Shown here: positions 31,835-42,101 of the stretch, piece by piece
Numbering within the stretch: the first letter of the stretch is position 1
Layout of the letters: each line of letters starts with the position of its first letter
Origin: an uncultured Solirubrobacterales bacterium
GTDB lineage: Bacteria > Actinomycetota > Thermoleophilia > Solirubrobacterales > Solirubrobacteraceae
DNA: 64,000 bases
Direction: 5' to 3'
NCBI GenBank assembly: GCA_963695965.1
Contig: CAVOIU010000031.1
Span: forward strand, 41,341 to 105,340
Translations under genes and position numbers: made by a program
Notes under the pieces: model-generated
Database searches by the model: none
Told to the model about the DNA's origin: nothing
What the model saw: only the letters and a program-made list of their open reading frames with translations

Positions 31835-32329
31835 ATGATCGTCCTCGGCATCGACCCCGGGACCGCAGACACCGGCTATGGCGTGGTCCAGAGCGCAGGC
31901 TCGCGCCTGCACGCGCTCGACAGCGGCGTGATCAAGACCCGCGCGGGCGTCGCCGCGGAGCTCCGCCTGGCGGAGATTCACGCACGGGTGGCGGAGCTCC
32001 TGGACCATCATCGCCCCGAGGCACTCGCGATCGAGGGCCTCTACTTCGGCGCCAACACGCGCACGGCGTTCGCGGTAGGCCAGGCGCGCGGAGTGACTTT
32101 GCTGGCGGCGGGGCAGCGGAGCATCCCCGTGCGCACGTACACCCCGCAGCAGGTCAAGGGCGCGGTATGCGGCCACGGCGGCGCGGCCAAGGACCAGGTC
32201 GGCCGCATGGTCACCCGGCTGCTCAAGCTCGCAGAGCCCCCCGGCTCCGATCACGCCGCCGACGCGCTCGCCGTTGCGATCTGCGACCTGAACCGGGCGC
32301 CGCTGGCGAAGGCGGTGGCACTGGCTTGA
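31835..32329 (+). CDS. ruvC: Holliday junction resolvase RuvC
   Basis: VLGIDPG, GQARG, YTPQQVK and HAADALAVA. Confidence 0.96.
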   Translation: MIVLGIDPGTADTGYGVVQSAGSRLHALDSGVIKTRAGVAAELRLAEIHARVAELLDHHRPEALAIEGLYFGANTRTAFAVGQARGVTLLAAGQRSIPVRTYTPQQVKGAVCGHGGAAKDQVGRMVTRLLKLAEPPGSDHAADALAVAICDLNRAPLAKAVALA

Positions 32330-32910
32330 TTGCTCTTCTCACTGGCGAGGTGGTGCTTCGGCGCGCGGCCTACGTGGTCGTTGACTGCGGCGGGGTCGGC
32401 TACCAGCTGACCGTCTCCGCCGAGACCCTGAGCCACGTGCCGGCGGTCGGCAAGCGGGTCGTGCTCCACACCCATCTGGTTGTCCGCGACGACGCGCTTC
32501 AGCTGTATGGGTTCGCAAGCGAAGAGGAGCGCGAGCTGTTCGTGATGCTGCTGTCCGTCCAGTCTGTGGGCCCCAAAGTCGCGGTCGCGGTCCTGTCCGG
32601 AGGGCCCCCGGGCGAGCTTGTCGCGGCGCTGGCGGCCGGGGACACCGGACGGTTCCAGGCGGTTCCCGGGATCGGCAAGCGAACAGCCGAGCGGATCATC
32701 GTCGAGCTGAGGGAGAAGGTGACAGCGGCGGTCCCCGGCCAGGCCATCCGGATCACCCGGCGCGATGATCCACGCTCGCTCGCGCGTGAGGGCCTCGTCG
32801 AGCTCGGCTACACCCCGCAGGAGGCCGACGGGCTGCTGGATGGGATCACCGGCGAGCGCGTCGAGGACCTGATCGCCGAGGCGCTGAGGAGCCGAGCGGG
32901 CCGCAGATGA
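32326..32910 (+). CDS. ruvA: Holliday junction branch migration protein RuvA
   Basis: GGVGY, LYGF, VGPK and [15 protein letters not shown] start. Confidence 0.95.
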   Translation: MIALLTGEVVLRRAAYVVVDCGGVGYQLTVSAETLSHVPAVGKRVVLHTHLVVRDDALQLYGFASEEERELFVMLLSVQSVGPKVAVAVLSGGPPGELVAALAAGDTGRFQAVPGIGKRTAERIIVELREKVTAAVPGQAIRITRRDDPRSLAREGLVELGYTPQEADGLLDGITGERVEDLIAEALRSRAGRR

Positions 32911-33926
32911 CCGGGGCGGAGACCCGCATCCAGGCGCCGGAGGCGCTCCCGGAGGACGAGCTCGACCGCTCGCTGCGTCCGCGGCGGCTCGAAGACTTCG
33001 TCGGTCAGGAGGCGGTCAAGGACCAGCTCACGGTCTCGATCGCCGCGGCCGCCAGCCGGGGCGAGGCGCTCGACCACGTGCTGCTCGCGGGACCGCCGGG
33101 GCTGGGAAAGACGTCGCTCGCCCAGATCGTGGCGACCGAGCTGGGAGTCTCGTTTGTCCAGACGGCCGGGCCGGCGCTCGAGCGCAAGGGCGACATCGCC
33201 GCGTTCCTCACCGCCCTGGAGCCCGGGTCGGTGTTCTTCGTCGATGAGATCCACCGCCTCCCGCGGGCGCTCGAGGAGACCTTCTACCCGGCGATGGAGG
33301 ACGGGTCGCTGCCGATCACGGTGGGCCAGGGCGCCGGCGCCCGGGTGGTGACGCTCGAGCTGCCGCCGTTCACCCTGATCGGGGCCACCACGAGGGCCGG
33401 CCTGCTGACGACGCCGCTGCGCGACCGGTTCGGCATCCAGCACCGGCTCGAGCACTACGGCGCCGACGACCTGGCCACGATCGTGCTGCGCTCCGCGCGG
33501 CTGCTGGAGGTCGAGATCGACGAGCGTGGCGCGCACGCGATCGCCGGGCGCAGCCGTGGCACGCCCCGCGTCGCCAACCGCCTGCTCAAGCGGGTGCGTG
33601 ACTTCGCCGAGGTGCGCGGCAGCGGCGTCGTGACGGCGCCGGTCGCGGCCGCGGCGCTCGACCTGCTGCAGGTCGATCACGAGGGTCTCGACCGATTGGA
33701 TCGGGAGATCCTCAAGGCAATCTGCGAGAAGTTCTCCGGCGGCCCGGTCGGCCTCTCGACGCTCGCCGTCGCCGTCGGGGAGGAGCAGGACACAATCGAG
33801 GACGTATACGAGCCCTACCTGCTTCAACGCGGGCTGATCGAGCGCACGCCGCGCGGCCGGGCCGCCACACGGCGCGCCTTCGAGCACCTGGGCCTGGAGG
33901 GGCCCGGGCCGATGAGGCTCGTCTAA
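32907..33926 (+). CDS. ruvB: Holliday junction helicase RuvB
   Basis: [26 protein letters not shown] and RGTPR. Confidence 0.97.
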   Translation: MTGAETRIQAPEALPEDELDRSLRPRRLEDFVGQEAVKDQLTVSIAAAASRGEALDHVLLAGPPGLGKTSLAQIVATELGVSFVQTAGPALERKGDIAAFLTALEPGSVFFVDEIHRLPRALEETFYPAMEDGSLPITVGQGAGARVVTLELPPFTLIGATTRAGLLTTPLRDRFGIQHRLEHYGADDLATIVLRSARLLEVEIDERGAHAIAGRSRGTPRVANRLLKRVRDFAEVRGSGVVTAPVAAAALDLLQVDHEGLDRLDREILKAICEKFSGGPVGLSTLAVAVGEEQDTIEDVYEPYLLQRGLIERTPRGRAATRRAFEHLGLEGPGPMRLV

Positions 33927-33984
33927 GCATTACCGAAGACTGAGGTGAAGCGGCGCCCGGAGCCTGGCTATCCTGAACCGACTG

Positions 33985-34452
33985 ATGTCCAGGGAGCACT
34001 ACTTCATCTGCCCCCACTGCGGCCACCGCTCGATGGCCACCGAGCGGACCGTCGCGTTCAGGCCCGGCGAAGCCAGGGGGTGCGAGCACTGCGGATTCGC
34101 GTACCTGTTCGAGCTCCTTGACGACTATTACCCGGCGCCCAACGCGGCGTTCTTCGCGTGCGACGCCGACGGACGCATCGTGGACTGCGGCAAGGGCTCG
34201 TTCGAGCTCACCGGCATGACGACCGAGAAGGCGATCGGGCAGCCGATCGCGGGGGCGCTGGGCCTCGAGTTCGATGACGGGACCGATCATGTGCAGACCG
34301 CGCTGGAGTGGGAGGTCCGGGTCAAGAGCAAGCCCGTCGGGGTGCACGCGAATGGCGACCTTCCGACCCGAGCCGTGGTCGACATCTTCCCCGCCTACGA
34401 CGACGACGAAGGCGGCGTGCTGGTCGTGCTGACACCCGCCAACGGCCGCTGA
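33985..34452 (+). CDS. Zn-ribbon + PAS-like domain protein
   Basis: CPHC...CEHC, then FFACDADGRIVDCG..SFELTG...AIGQ, which is PAS-like. Confidence 0.7.
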   Translation: MSREHYFICPHCGHRSMATERTVAFRPGEARGCEHCGFAYLFELLDDYYPAPNAAFFACDADGRIVDCGKGSFELTGMTTEKAIGQPIAGALGLEFDDGTDHVQTALEWEVRVKSKPVGVHANGDLPTRAVVDIFPAYDDDEGGVLVVLTPANGR

Positions 34453-34493
34453 TGCGGGCTGCGAGCCCGGGCCACTAGCATCCAGCTCCAGCG

Positions 34494-37400
34494 ATGACAG
34501 ATCGTCAGCGCAATGCGTTCGTCTTGACCCTGGTCGCCGGGCTGATCGCGGCGTCCGCCGTCGTGATCCTCAATTTCAAGACGTATCTCGGCCTCGATCT
34601 CCAGGGTGGCGTTCAGCTCGTCTACGAGGGGAAGCCCACGCCCCAGACTCCGCACGTGACCCAGGCCGCCCTGCAGCGGGCGGTCGACACCATGCGGCAG
34701 CGCACGAACCAGCTTGGCGTCTCCGAGACGCAGATCCAGACGACCGGCAGCAACCAGATCACGGTTGGCCTGCCGTCGGTCCAGAACACCAAGCGCGCCG
34801 AAGCGCTGGTCGGCACGACCGCACGGCTCGAGTTCTACGACTGGGAAGCCAATGCGCTGACTCCCAGCGGCAAGCCGGTCGCCACCCTGCTCCAGACCCA
34901 GGACCAGAACGCGCTTGCGATCAGCCGGGGCGGTTCCCAGGGTCCCGGATCTCCCGGCGGGGGCAGCATGTCGCTGTACCAGGCGGTGCAGCTCGCCGCC
35001 AAGCAGCCGGCGAGCCCCGCCAAGTCGAACGCGCGCGTCGGGCCCGAGTACTTCGCGTTCGGCAAGGCCGGCTCCCAGGCCTGCACGACCGCCGCGCACG
35101 ATTACCACGTCACACCCCTGGCGGGCCAGCCCTGCTATCTGGCGGGCCCGCAGGACACGGTAGGCGACCTGGACGCCGCTTTGCCGGCCGGGGTGTCCGC
35201 CTCCGACAAGGCCGTCCAAACGCTGACGATCCAGCAGGGCTGGGTCGTTCTACAGGCGATCTCCCCGAAGGGCTATGGCAGCACGCTTCCGTGGAGCGAC
35301 CCGAGCGCGCAGTACTTCGTGCTCCGCGACCGCGTCGCCCTGTTCGGGAACGAGATCTCCAACCCACAGCAGGCGACCGACCAGTCGGGTTCGCCCGACG
35401 TCACCTTCGGCTTCAGCGGCCCGGGCGCGAATGCCTTCCAGAACGTCACGTCCCAGATCGCCCACCGAGGCGATCTCGTCAGTGGCTTGGGGCAGACGCT
35501 GGACCAGCACTTCGCGGTGGCGCTCGACACGCAGCTGATCACCGTCCCGTTCATCGACTTCAAGCAGAACCCCGACGGGATCCCGGGTAGCAGCGGCGCG
35601 GACATCCAGGGCGGGTTCACGATCAACACCGCGCAGCAGCTGGCTCAGCAGCTACGCCTCGGTGCGCTCCCGATCCGCCTGGCGCTGATCTCACAGTCTC
35701 AGGTCTCGGCGACCCTGGGCAAGCAGGCGCTCAACAAGGGCGAGTTGGCCGGCGCGATCGGCTTGCTGGCGGTGGTCCTGTTCCTGCTCCTGTACTACCG
35801 CGTGCTCGGCCTCATCGCCACCGCCGGGCTGGCGGTGTACGCGCTCTATTTCTATGCGCTGATCAAGGTCCTGCACGTGACGCTCACCCTGCCCGGGATC
35901 GCGGGCCTCGTGCTGACGATCGGGGTGGCCGCGGACGCCAACGTCGTGATCTTCGAGCGTGTCAAGGAGGAGATCCGTGCGGGCCGATCGATCCGTCAGG
36001 GGATCGCCACCGGCTACCGCAAGGGCCTGACGGCGATCATCGACGCCAACGTCGTCACGATCATGACCGCGTTCATCCTGTTCGTGGTCGCGACCGCGGA
36101 CGTCCGGGGCTTCGCGCTGACGCTCGGCGTCGGGACGATCGTGTCGCTGTTCACGGCGGTGATGGCGACCCAGGCGATCCTTTCGACGATGGGCCGCTCG
36201 CGGATCATCTCGAGCCCGGCGATGCTCGGCGCGAGCGGCAAGCGAAGGTCCTGGCGGTTCGACTTCATGGGCGCGTCGAGGTACTTCTTCTCGATGTCGG
36301 GCGTGATCCTGCTGATCGGAGCGCTCGCGATCGGCGGCCGCGGCCTCAACCTGGGAATCGACTTCACGTCCGGGACGCGGATCACGGCAGGCCTGGTGAA
36401 GTCCGCCACGCAGCCACAGGTCAGCTCGGCGATCGGAGCCGCCGGGGCGGCGAACCCGGACGTCCAGAGGGTCACCAACAAGGGCCTCGGCAACAACGTT
36501 TTCCAGATCTCGGCGAAGAAGCTCCAGCCGTCCGGGCTGGTCAAGGTGCAGGAGGCCCTGAACAGCCGCTTCGGCGTCCGCTCGTTCAACTCGACCTCCG
36601 TGGGGCCGACGTTCGGAAGCACCGTCGCGAAGAGCGCGCTGATCGCGATCATCGCCTCGCTGCTGGTGATCTCCGCGTACGTGGCGCTGCGGTTCGAGTG
36701 GAAGTTCGCGGTGCCGGTGCTGATCGCGCTGGCGCACGACCTCCTGATCACCGCGGGTGTCTACGCGCTGACCGGCCGGGAGGTGACCGCAGCGACCGTC
36801 GCCGCGCTGCTCACGATCCTGGGCTACTCCCTGTACGACACGATCATCGTGTTCGACCGGGTCCGGGAGAACATCCCGAGGATGCCGAGGGCGGCGTTCT
36901 CGCAGATCGTCAACCGCTCAATGTCCGAGGTGCTCACCCGTTCGCTCGCCACGACCTTCTGCACGCTGATGCCCGTTGTCGCCCTGCTTCTGTTCGGCGG
37001 CGTGGCCGGGTCTACGGAGCTCCAGGACTTCGCGTTCGCGCTGCTGATCGGCGTCGCGTCCGGGGCGTACTCGTCGATCTTCATCGCCTCGCCGGTCCTG
37101 ACCCACTGGAAGGAGCGCGAGCCGCAGTACCGCGCCCGCCGTCACCGCCTCGAGACCGACCTCGGGTACGTGCCCGCGTACGCCGAGGCGGCGGCCGACG
37201 TCGAGCCGACCGCCAGGAAGCCGCGCCGCCCGGGCAGGATCACGACCCCGGAGCCCGAGACCGTCTCCTCGGCTGAGTTCGAGCAGATGAAGCGCGATCT
37301 CGAGATCGAGCGTGACGCCCCCAGGCGCCAGACCTCGACGCTGACAAAGCGGATGGCACACACGCCGGAGACCCAGGCGCCCGCTGCGCCCCAGCGCAAG

Positions 37401-37583
37401 CCGAAGCCTCCCACAACGCCCAAGCCCGCCGGCGACGGCGCCGGGGATGGCGACGGAGCCGGTGACGCGCCGCACGCGCCGGCCCCGGACATCGCCGAGA
37501 ACGAAGGCGTGTCGCCGGTTCAGAAGCCCCGTGGAGCCTCGAAGTCACGGTCCCGCAGCCGTCGGCATGGGAGGCGTCGCTAG
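34494..37583 (+). CDS. secDF: Fused protein translocase subunit SecDF
   Basis: LGLDLQGG, IGVAADANVVIFER, GIDFTSGT and GYSLYDTIIVFDRVRE. Confidence 0.96.
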   Translation: MTDRQRNAFVLTLVAGLIAASAVVILNFKTYLGLDLQGGVQLVYEGKPTPQTPHVTQAALQRAVDTMRQRTNQLGVSETQIQTTGSNQITVGLPSVQNTKRAEALVGTTARLEFYDWEANALTPSGKPVATLLQTQDQNALAISRGGSQGPGSPGGGSMSLYQAVQLAAKQPASPAKSNARVGPEYFAFGKAGSQACTTAAHDYHVTPLAGQPCYLAGPQDTVGDLDAALPAGVSASDKAVQTLTIQQGWVVLQAISPKGYGSTLPWSDPSAQYFVLRDRVALFGNEISNPQQATDQSGSPDVTFGFSGPGANAFQNVTSQIAHRGDLVSGLGQTLDQHFAVALDTQLITVPFIDFKQNPDGIPGSSGADIQGGFTINTAQQLAQQLRLGALPIRLALISQSQVSATLGKQALNKGELAGAIGLLAVVLFLLLYYRVLGLIATAGLAVYALYFYALIKVLHVTLTLPGIAGLVLTIGVAADANVVIFERVKEEIRAGRSIRQGIATGYRKGLTAIIDANVVTIMTAFILFVVATADVRGFALTLGVGTIVSLFTAVMATQAILSTMGRSRIISSPAMLGASGKRRSWRFDFMGASRYFFSMSGVILLIGALAIGGRGLNLGIDFTSGTRITAGLVKSATQPQVSSAIGAAGAANPDVQRVTNKGLGNNVFQISAKKLQPSGLVKVQEALNSRFGVRSFNSTSVGPTFGSTVAKSALIAIIASLLVISAYVALRFEWKFAVPVLIALAHDLLITAGVYALTGREVTAATVAALLTILGYSLYDTIIVFDRVRENIPRMPRAAFSQIVNRSMSEVLTRSLATTFCTLMPVVALLLFGGVAGSTELQDFAFALLIGVASGAYSSIFIASPVLTHWKEREPQYRARRHRLETDLGYVPAYAEAAADVEPTARKPRRPGRITTPEPETVSSAEFEQMKRDLEIERDAPRRQTSTLTKRMAHTPETQAPAAPQRKPKPPTTPKPAGDGAGDGDGAGDAPHAPAPDIAENEGVSPVQKPRGASKSRSRSRRHGRRR

Positions 37584-37632
37584 TGGTGGCCCTCCACTCT
37601 CGGTACGGCCGTACCCACGAGGAGAGCCACTA

Positions 37633-37917
37633 ATGGGCCTGCTCGCGTGGGTGATGATGGGCCTCGCCCTGTGGCACTTCACGATCTGGCTTCCCGACCA
37701 CTACTGGGGCGGGATCGTCGGTGCGTTCGTGGGTGCGCTGGCCGGCGCGGTGCTGTTCGGACTGATCGTCAACGGCTTCGCGATTCCCGGTCGCCACGAC
37801 ACCCACATCGCGACCGCGCTCGAGGCGATCCCCGGCGCGCTGATCGGGATGGCGCTCATCTACCTGGAGGGCATGCGCCGCGAGCGCGCGGGGGCGCTGG
37901 GCCCCGAGATGATCTGA
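37633..37917 (+). CDS. Small Gly-rich membrane protein
   Basis: MGLLAWVMMGLALWHFTIWLPDHYWGGIVGA..., preceded by an AGGAG RBS. Confidence 0.75.
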   Translation: MGLLAWVMMGLALWHFTIWLPDHYWGGIVGAFVGALAGAVLFGLIVNGFAIPGRHDTHIATALEAIPGALIGMALIYLEGMRRERAGALGPEMI

Positions 37918-37941
37918 TCTAGAGGCCTCGGCCCGGCGGTC

Positions 37942-39078
37942 TCAGAACGGCGGTGCGCTCAGCGCGAGCGGGTTCGCCAGGTAGCGGCGCGCGAGGCGGT
38001 AGAACAGGCCACCGTCGGTCTGTGGGCTGGTCGTGCCGCTCGCGCCGCCGCCGAACAGCAGCCCGATCACCCCAGAGCCCCTGGTCGCCCGCAGGTGCGC
38101 GCCCGAGCGATCGCCGAGCCACCACTGCACGCGATTGTCGCGGAAGTGATCCCAGGTGTTGTCGAGCATCGAGTTGCCAAGCGGCAGCTGCCACAGCACC
38201 ACGGACGTGTGAGTGCGACGCGTGAAGCCGGAGATGTAAGCGTCGTGACGCTGGAAGTCGGCCGGGCCCCAGGCCGTGTGCGGGTTGCCCTCGATCACCC
38301 TGTAGAACCCGGCGTCCCGATCGGTGACGTCGTTGAACACGAGGTCAAATTTCGTTCTCAGGGACGTGTAGAAGGCGGCCGACTCGGCCGCAAGATGGTC
38401 CATGTGCGCCAGCGACGGCTTCGAGTACGTGGGGTCCTCGCCGGTGCCCCACACGCTCAGGTGCCACGCGAGCAGGACCGCGGGCGCGAGCCGGTCGCGC
38501 AGCGCGACCAGCCTCCGGGCGAACGACTGCGCCAGCGCGGTCGCGTGGGCCTGCTCGAGGTATCCCCACAGGTCGGGCTCGACGTGGATCACGACGAGAT
38601 GCCGGGACGCAGCGGCGGCGACGCTGCGCAGCAGCAGGCTCCAGTCCGCCCAGTAGGCGGACATCGTGGCGGGGTTCCGCAGGTTGGAGAGGTCCTTGTG
38701 AAGCTCGTCCGGCCCGACTGCCGGCCTCGACTGAAGCAGCTGGTAGTACGTCAGCACCGGGATCATGTGGGCCGAGATCGACTCGTTGACGTACCTTGAG
38801 GCGAAGCTCGCGCCCGGGTCCCACGTCGTCCAGCCCCCGCCGGTGTTGACGCCGCCGGCGAGGTACTGGTACCGGATGTCGAACCGGGCGTGACGGGCGA
38901 GCCGCTGCGCGTCGCCCGGGGAGTCGCTGACCCCAAGGGCGAGATGGCTCGGCCAACCGGCCGGAACCGGTGGGCTCGCGGCGGGGCGCGCCGGCGCCGC
39001 CACGGCGGCGGCCGCGCACGCTGGCGCCACCACCGCAAGGGCAGCCGCGCACGACAGGACCATGACCGTTCGGCGCAT
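37942..39078 (-). CDS. Secreted protein, possible glycoside hydrolase TIM barrel
   Basis: Signal peptide, then YQYLAGG...GWTTW, PVLTYYQ, IHVEPDLWGY and WQLPLGN. Confidence 0.65.
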   Translation of the reverse strand: MRRTVMVLSCAAALAVVAPACAAAAVAAPARPAASPPVPAGWPSHLALGVSDSPGDAQRLARHARFDIRYQYLAGGVNTGGGWTTWDPGASFASRYVNESISAHMIPVLTYYQLLQSRPAVGPDELHKDLSNLRNPATMSAYWADWSLLLRSVAAAASRHLVVIHVEPDLWGYLEQAHATALAQSFARRLVALRDRLAPAVLLAWHLSVWGTGEDPTYSKPSLAHMDHLAAESAAFYTSLRTKFDLVFNDVTDRDAGFYRVIEGNPHTAWGPADFQRHDAYISGFTRRTHTSVVLWQLPLGNSMLDNTWDHFRDNRVQWWLGDRSGAHLRATRGSGVIGLLFGGGASGTTSPQTDGGLFYRLARRYLANPLALSAPPF

Positions 39079-39135
39079 TGAGTGGATGGATCGGCCGTCC
39101 GTGCCCAGGACTTGACGAAGTGTGTCGCGCAAACC

Positions 39136-39282
39136 ACGCGACCGCGACCGAGAACGATGGCGAATCGCGTCCACGACCACGACTGCGACCGCTGGCGATT
39201 CGCGTCCACGACCGCGACCGAGAACGATGGCGAATCGCGTGCGACAGGTGGACGGGAAACGCCATCGTTCGCCGCGGGTCGC
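39136..39282. repeat. 35-bp repeat cluster: three tandem copies plus one inverted degenerate copy
   Basis: Units at 39136-39170, 39171-39205 and 39206-39240. Units 1 and 3 share CGACCGCGACCGAGAACGATGGCGAATCGCGT. The segment 39248-39282 reverse-complements to ...GAACGATGGCGTTTCCCGTCCAC. Confidence 0.85.
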
Positions 39283-39389
39283 CGGCGGGCCGGGTGATGT
39301 GCCAGTTGCGCAACACGCCATGACGCCTCTGCAGCAATCGTGGCGTGGTCCTCGCCGATCCGTCGGGGCCTCTGCTTACGCTGCGGTCG

Positions 39390-41955
39390 ATGGCAGAACC
39401 AGCCTTCGCCGCACAGCCCGTCCCGCCGGTGGATGCGCGCGCGGTCCTGGAGGTGGTCAAGGAGCCGCCACCGGCGCCACCGGCGCCGCCGGTGGCTCGG
39501 CTCGAGGTCCCCGGATACGACCTCAAGGCCGCGCTGGCGCTCGAGCGCGAGCTCGGGGTCAGTCACGTCCTCGCCCAGATCCTGGCCCGTCGCGGCCTCG
39601 GCGAGCCGAGCGCGGCACGCGAGCTCCTCGAGGCCCGCGAGCAGCACCCCCGGAGGCCTTCGCGGGCATCGACCGAGCGCTCGAGGCGATCAACCGCCAC
39701 GTCCGTGCGGGAACGCGCATCACGATCCACGGCGACTACGACGTCGACGGAGTGTGCGCGACGGCGATTCTGGTCCGCGCGCTGCGGGCGCTCGGCGGAG
39801 AGGTCGACTGGTTCCTTCCCGGGCGGATGGAGGACGGTTACGGGCTGTCGATCGAGACCATCCGGCGGCTCGTGGCCCGCGGGACGCATCTGCTGATCAC
39901 CGCCGACTGCGGGGTCACCGCGGTCGACGAGGTGGCCGCAGGCTGCGCCTTGGGACTCGAGGTGGTCGTCACCGACCACCACCAGCCCCGTCCGGGCGGC
40001 GAGCTCCCGGACTGCCCGATAGTGCACCCGGCCGTGTGCGGCTATCCGTGCGTCGAGTTGTGCGGCACCGGTGTGGCCTACAAGCTCGCGCAGGCCCTCG
40101 GCGCCCCCACCGCTGAGGGCGACATCGAGCTCGTCGCGCTCGCCACCGTGGCCGACCTGATGCCGCTGCGCGGCGAGAACCGGCGCCTCGTACGGGAGGG
40201 CCTCGCCGCGCTGGCACGCACCGGGAGCCCCGGTCTGAGGGCGCTCATGGCTGTGGCCCGCGCCGACCCGAGCGCGCTCGACGCTCAGGTACTCGGATTT
40301 CGCCTTGCTCCGAGGATCAACGCCGCCGGGAGGCTGCGGCGGGCAGACGCCGGCCTCGAGCTGCTGCTCACCGGCGACGAGCACCGGGCCGCCGAGATCG
40401 CCGCCGAGCTCGACCAGGTCAATGCCGACCGCCGCGCGGTCGAGCAGCGGATCACCTGGGAGGCCGAGGCCCAGGTGGCGGACCTCGGCGAGCGCCCGAT
40501 GTTCGTCCTCGCCGGCGAGGGATGGCATCCGGGCGTCGTCGGGATCGTGGCGTCTCGGATCGTCGAGCGTCATCACCGGCCGGCGGTGGTTATCGCGCTC
40601 GACGGCGACCGGCCGGCCCAGGGCTCGGCCCGGAGCATCCCGGGCTTCGATCTGCTCGCGGCGCTCGAGTCATGCGGAGATCTGATGGAGCGGTACGGAG
40701 GGCATCGCGCCGCGGCCGGGCTGACGGTCAAGCCGGAGCTGGTCGAACGTCTGCGCGAAGGGCTCGAGAGCCACGCGGAGAGCGTGCTGAGTCCCGAGCT
40801 GTGCGAGCCGGTGGAGGCGGTCGACGCGATCGTGTCGGGCACGGACCTGGGGCTTGGCCTGGCCGAGGAGCTTGAGCTGCTCGAGCCGACCGGGATGGGA
40901 AATCCGCGCCCCCGGCTGCTGGTGCCCGGCGGCCGCGTTGGAAACCTGCGTCCGATGGGCGACGGGCGTCACGCCCGATTCACGGTCAGCGCCGGAGGCA
41001 CCCGGACCCCAGCGGTCGCGTTCGGCTGCGACGGGCGCCTCCCGGTCAAGGACGGGGAGCCGGCTGACCTGAGCTTCCGGCTCGAGCGCAACGTCTGGAA
41101 CGGGACCGTCGAGCCGCGGCTGATCCTGCGCGGCGCGTGGCCGTGCGAGCCGGGGCCGATCGAGGTGCTCGGCGAGGATGCCCATTACCTCGCCGCGGCG
41201 CTCAAGGAGCTGGACCGCGGGCTCGACGAGCTGGACCGCGGGCTCGAGGAGGCGGACCGTCCGCTCCAGGAGACGCGCGCAACCGGAACCAACGAGGCCC
41301 CGCGCCGCGTCGTCCTCGATCGCCGCGACGAGAGCCCGCTGGCGGTCCTTGCCGACGCGAAGGCGGCGGGGGGCGCCGTGCTGGCCGTGTGCGCGGATGT
41401 CGGCCGCCGGGTGGATGGGCTCTCCGCCAGGATCGGCGGCTTCTGCCTGATCTCCCACCACGCGCTCGAATCCGCGCCCCAGCTCGCGCCCCGTACGCCC
41501 ACGTCGTCGTCCTCGATCCGCCGGCGGCCGCCACGCACGCGGCACTCGCAGAGGCTGGGGAAGGCTTCACCCACCTTGCATGGGGCGAGGCTGAGCTACG
41601 CTTTGCTCAGCAGATGCACGAGTTGGAGTACGTTCTCCGGGCTTCGCTCGTGGCCCTCTATCGAGACCTCAGGTCACGGAAGAGGGTCGCCGGTGAGGAG
41701 CTCGAGCGCCTGCTTCGCGGCGATGGTCCGCAGGGCCGCCCAGCGCGGCTGGCGGGCAGGTTGATCAGAGTGCTCGCGGAGCTTGAGCTCGTCAGCCTCG
41801 ACCGGGATCCGCCGGCCCTGGCGGTGGGGGGCGCAGCGCAGACAGCGCTCGAGCGCTCGCCGGCGTTCAGGGTGTACGCCAAGCGATACGAGGACGGACG
41901 GCGATTCCTCAGCAACCCAAACCCACGACCAACCAGAGCGGCCCCGCAACCCTGA
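39390..41955 (+). CDS. recJ: Single-stranded DNA exonuclease RecJ with long C-terminal extension (frameshifts near 39650 and 41490)
   Basis: GDYDVDG, GYG, TDHH, APRINAAGR, GSARS and GGHRAAAG. Confidence 0.92.
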
Positions 41956-42101
41956 TTCCCGCCTCGCGGGCGCCCGTCGACCGGGTCCGTAACCCGGCTG
42001 CTCAGGCGACGGTCGAGCGTGCCGAGCTGACGGCGGTCGAGCAGCGGCTGCTGTCGGATCTCTTTGCGATCGTCGAGGAGCACGCCGACCAGGCCGCACT
42101 C

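Noticed and set aside
37140-37583. Long Pro/Arg-rich SecDF C-terminal tail as a separate domain
   Set aside because: It looks like a disordered low-complexity tail, as commonly seen on actinobacterial SecF.
39136-39240. Possible mini-CRISPR array
   Set aside because: The middle 35-mer is itself a degenerate copy of the flanking units rather than a unique spacer, and there are no cas genes in the window.
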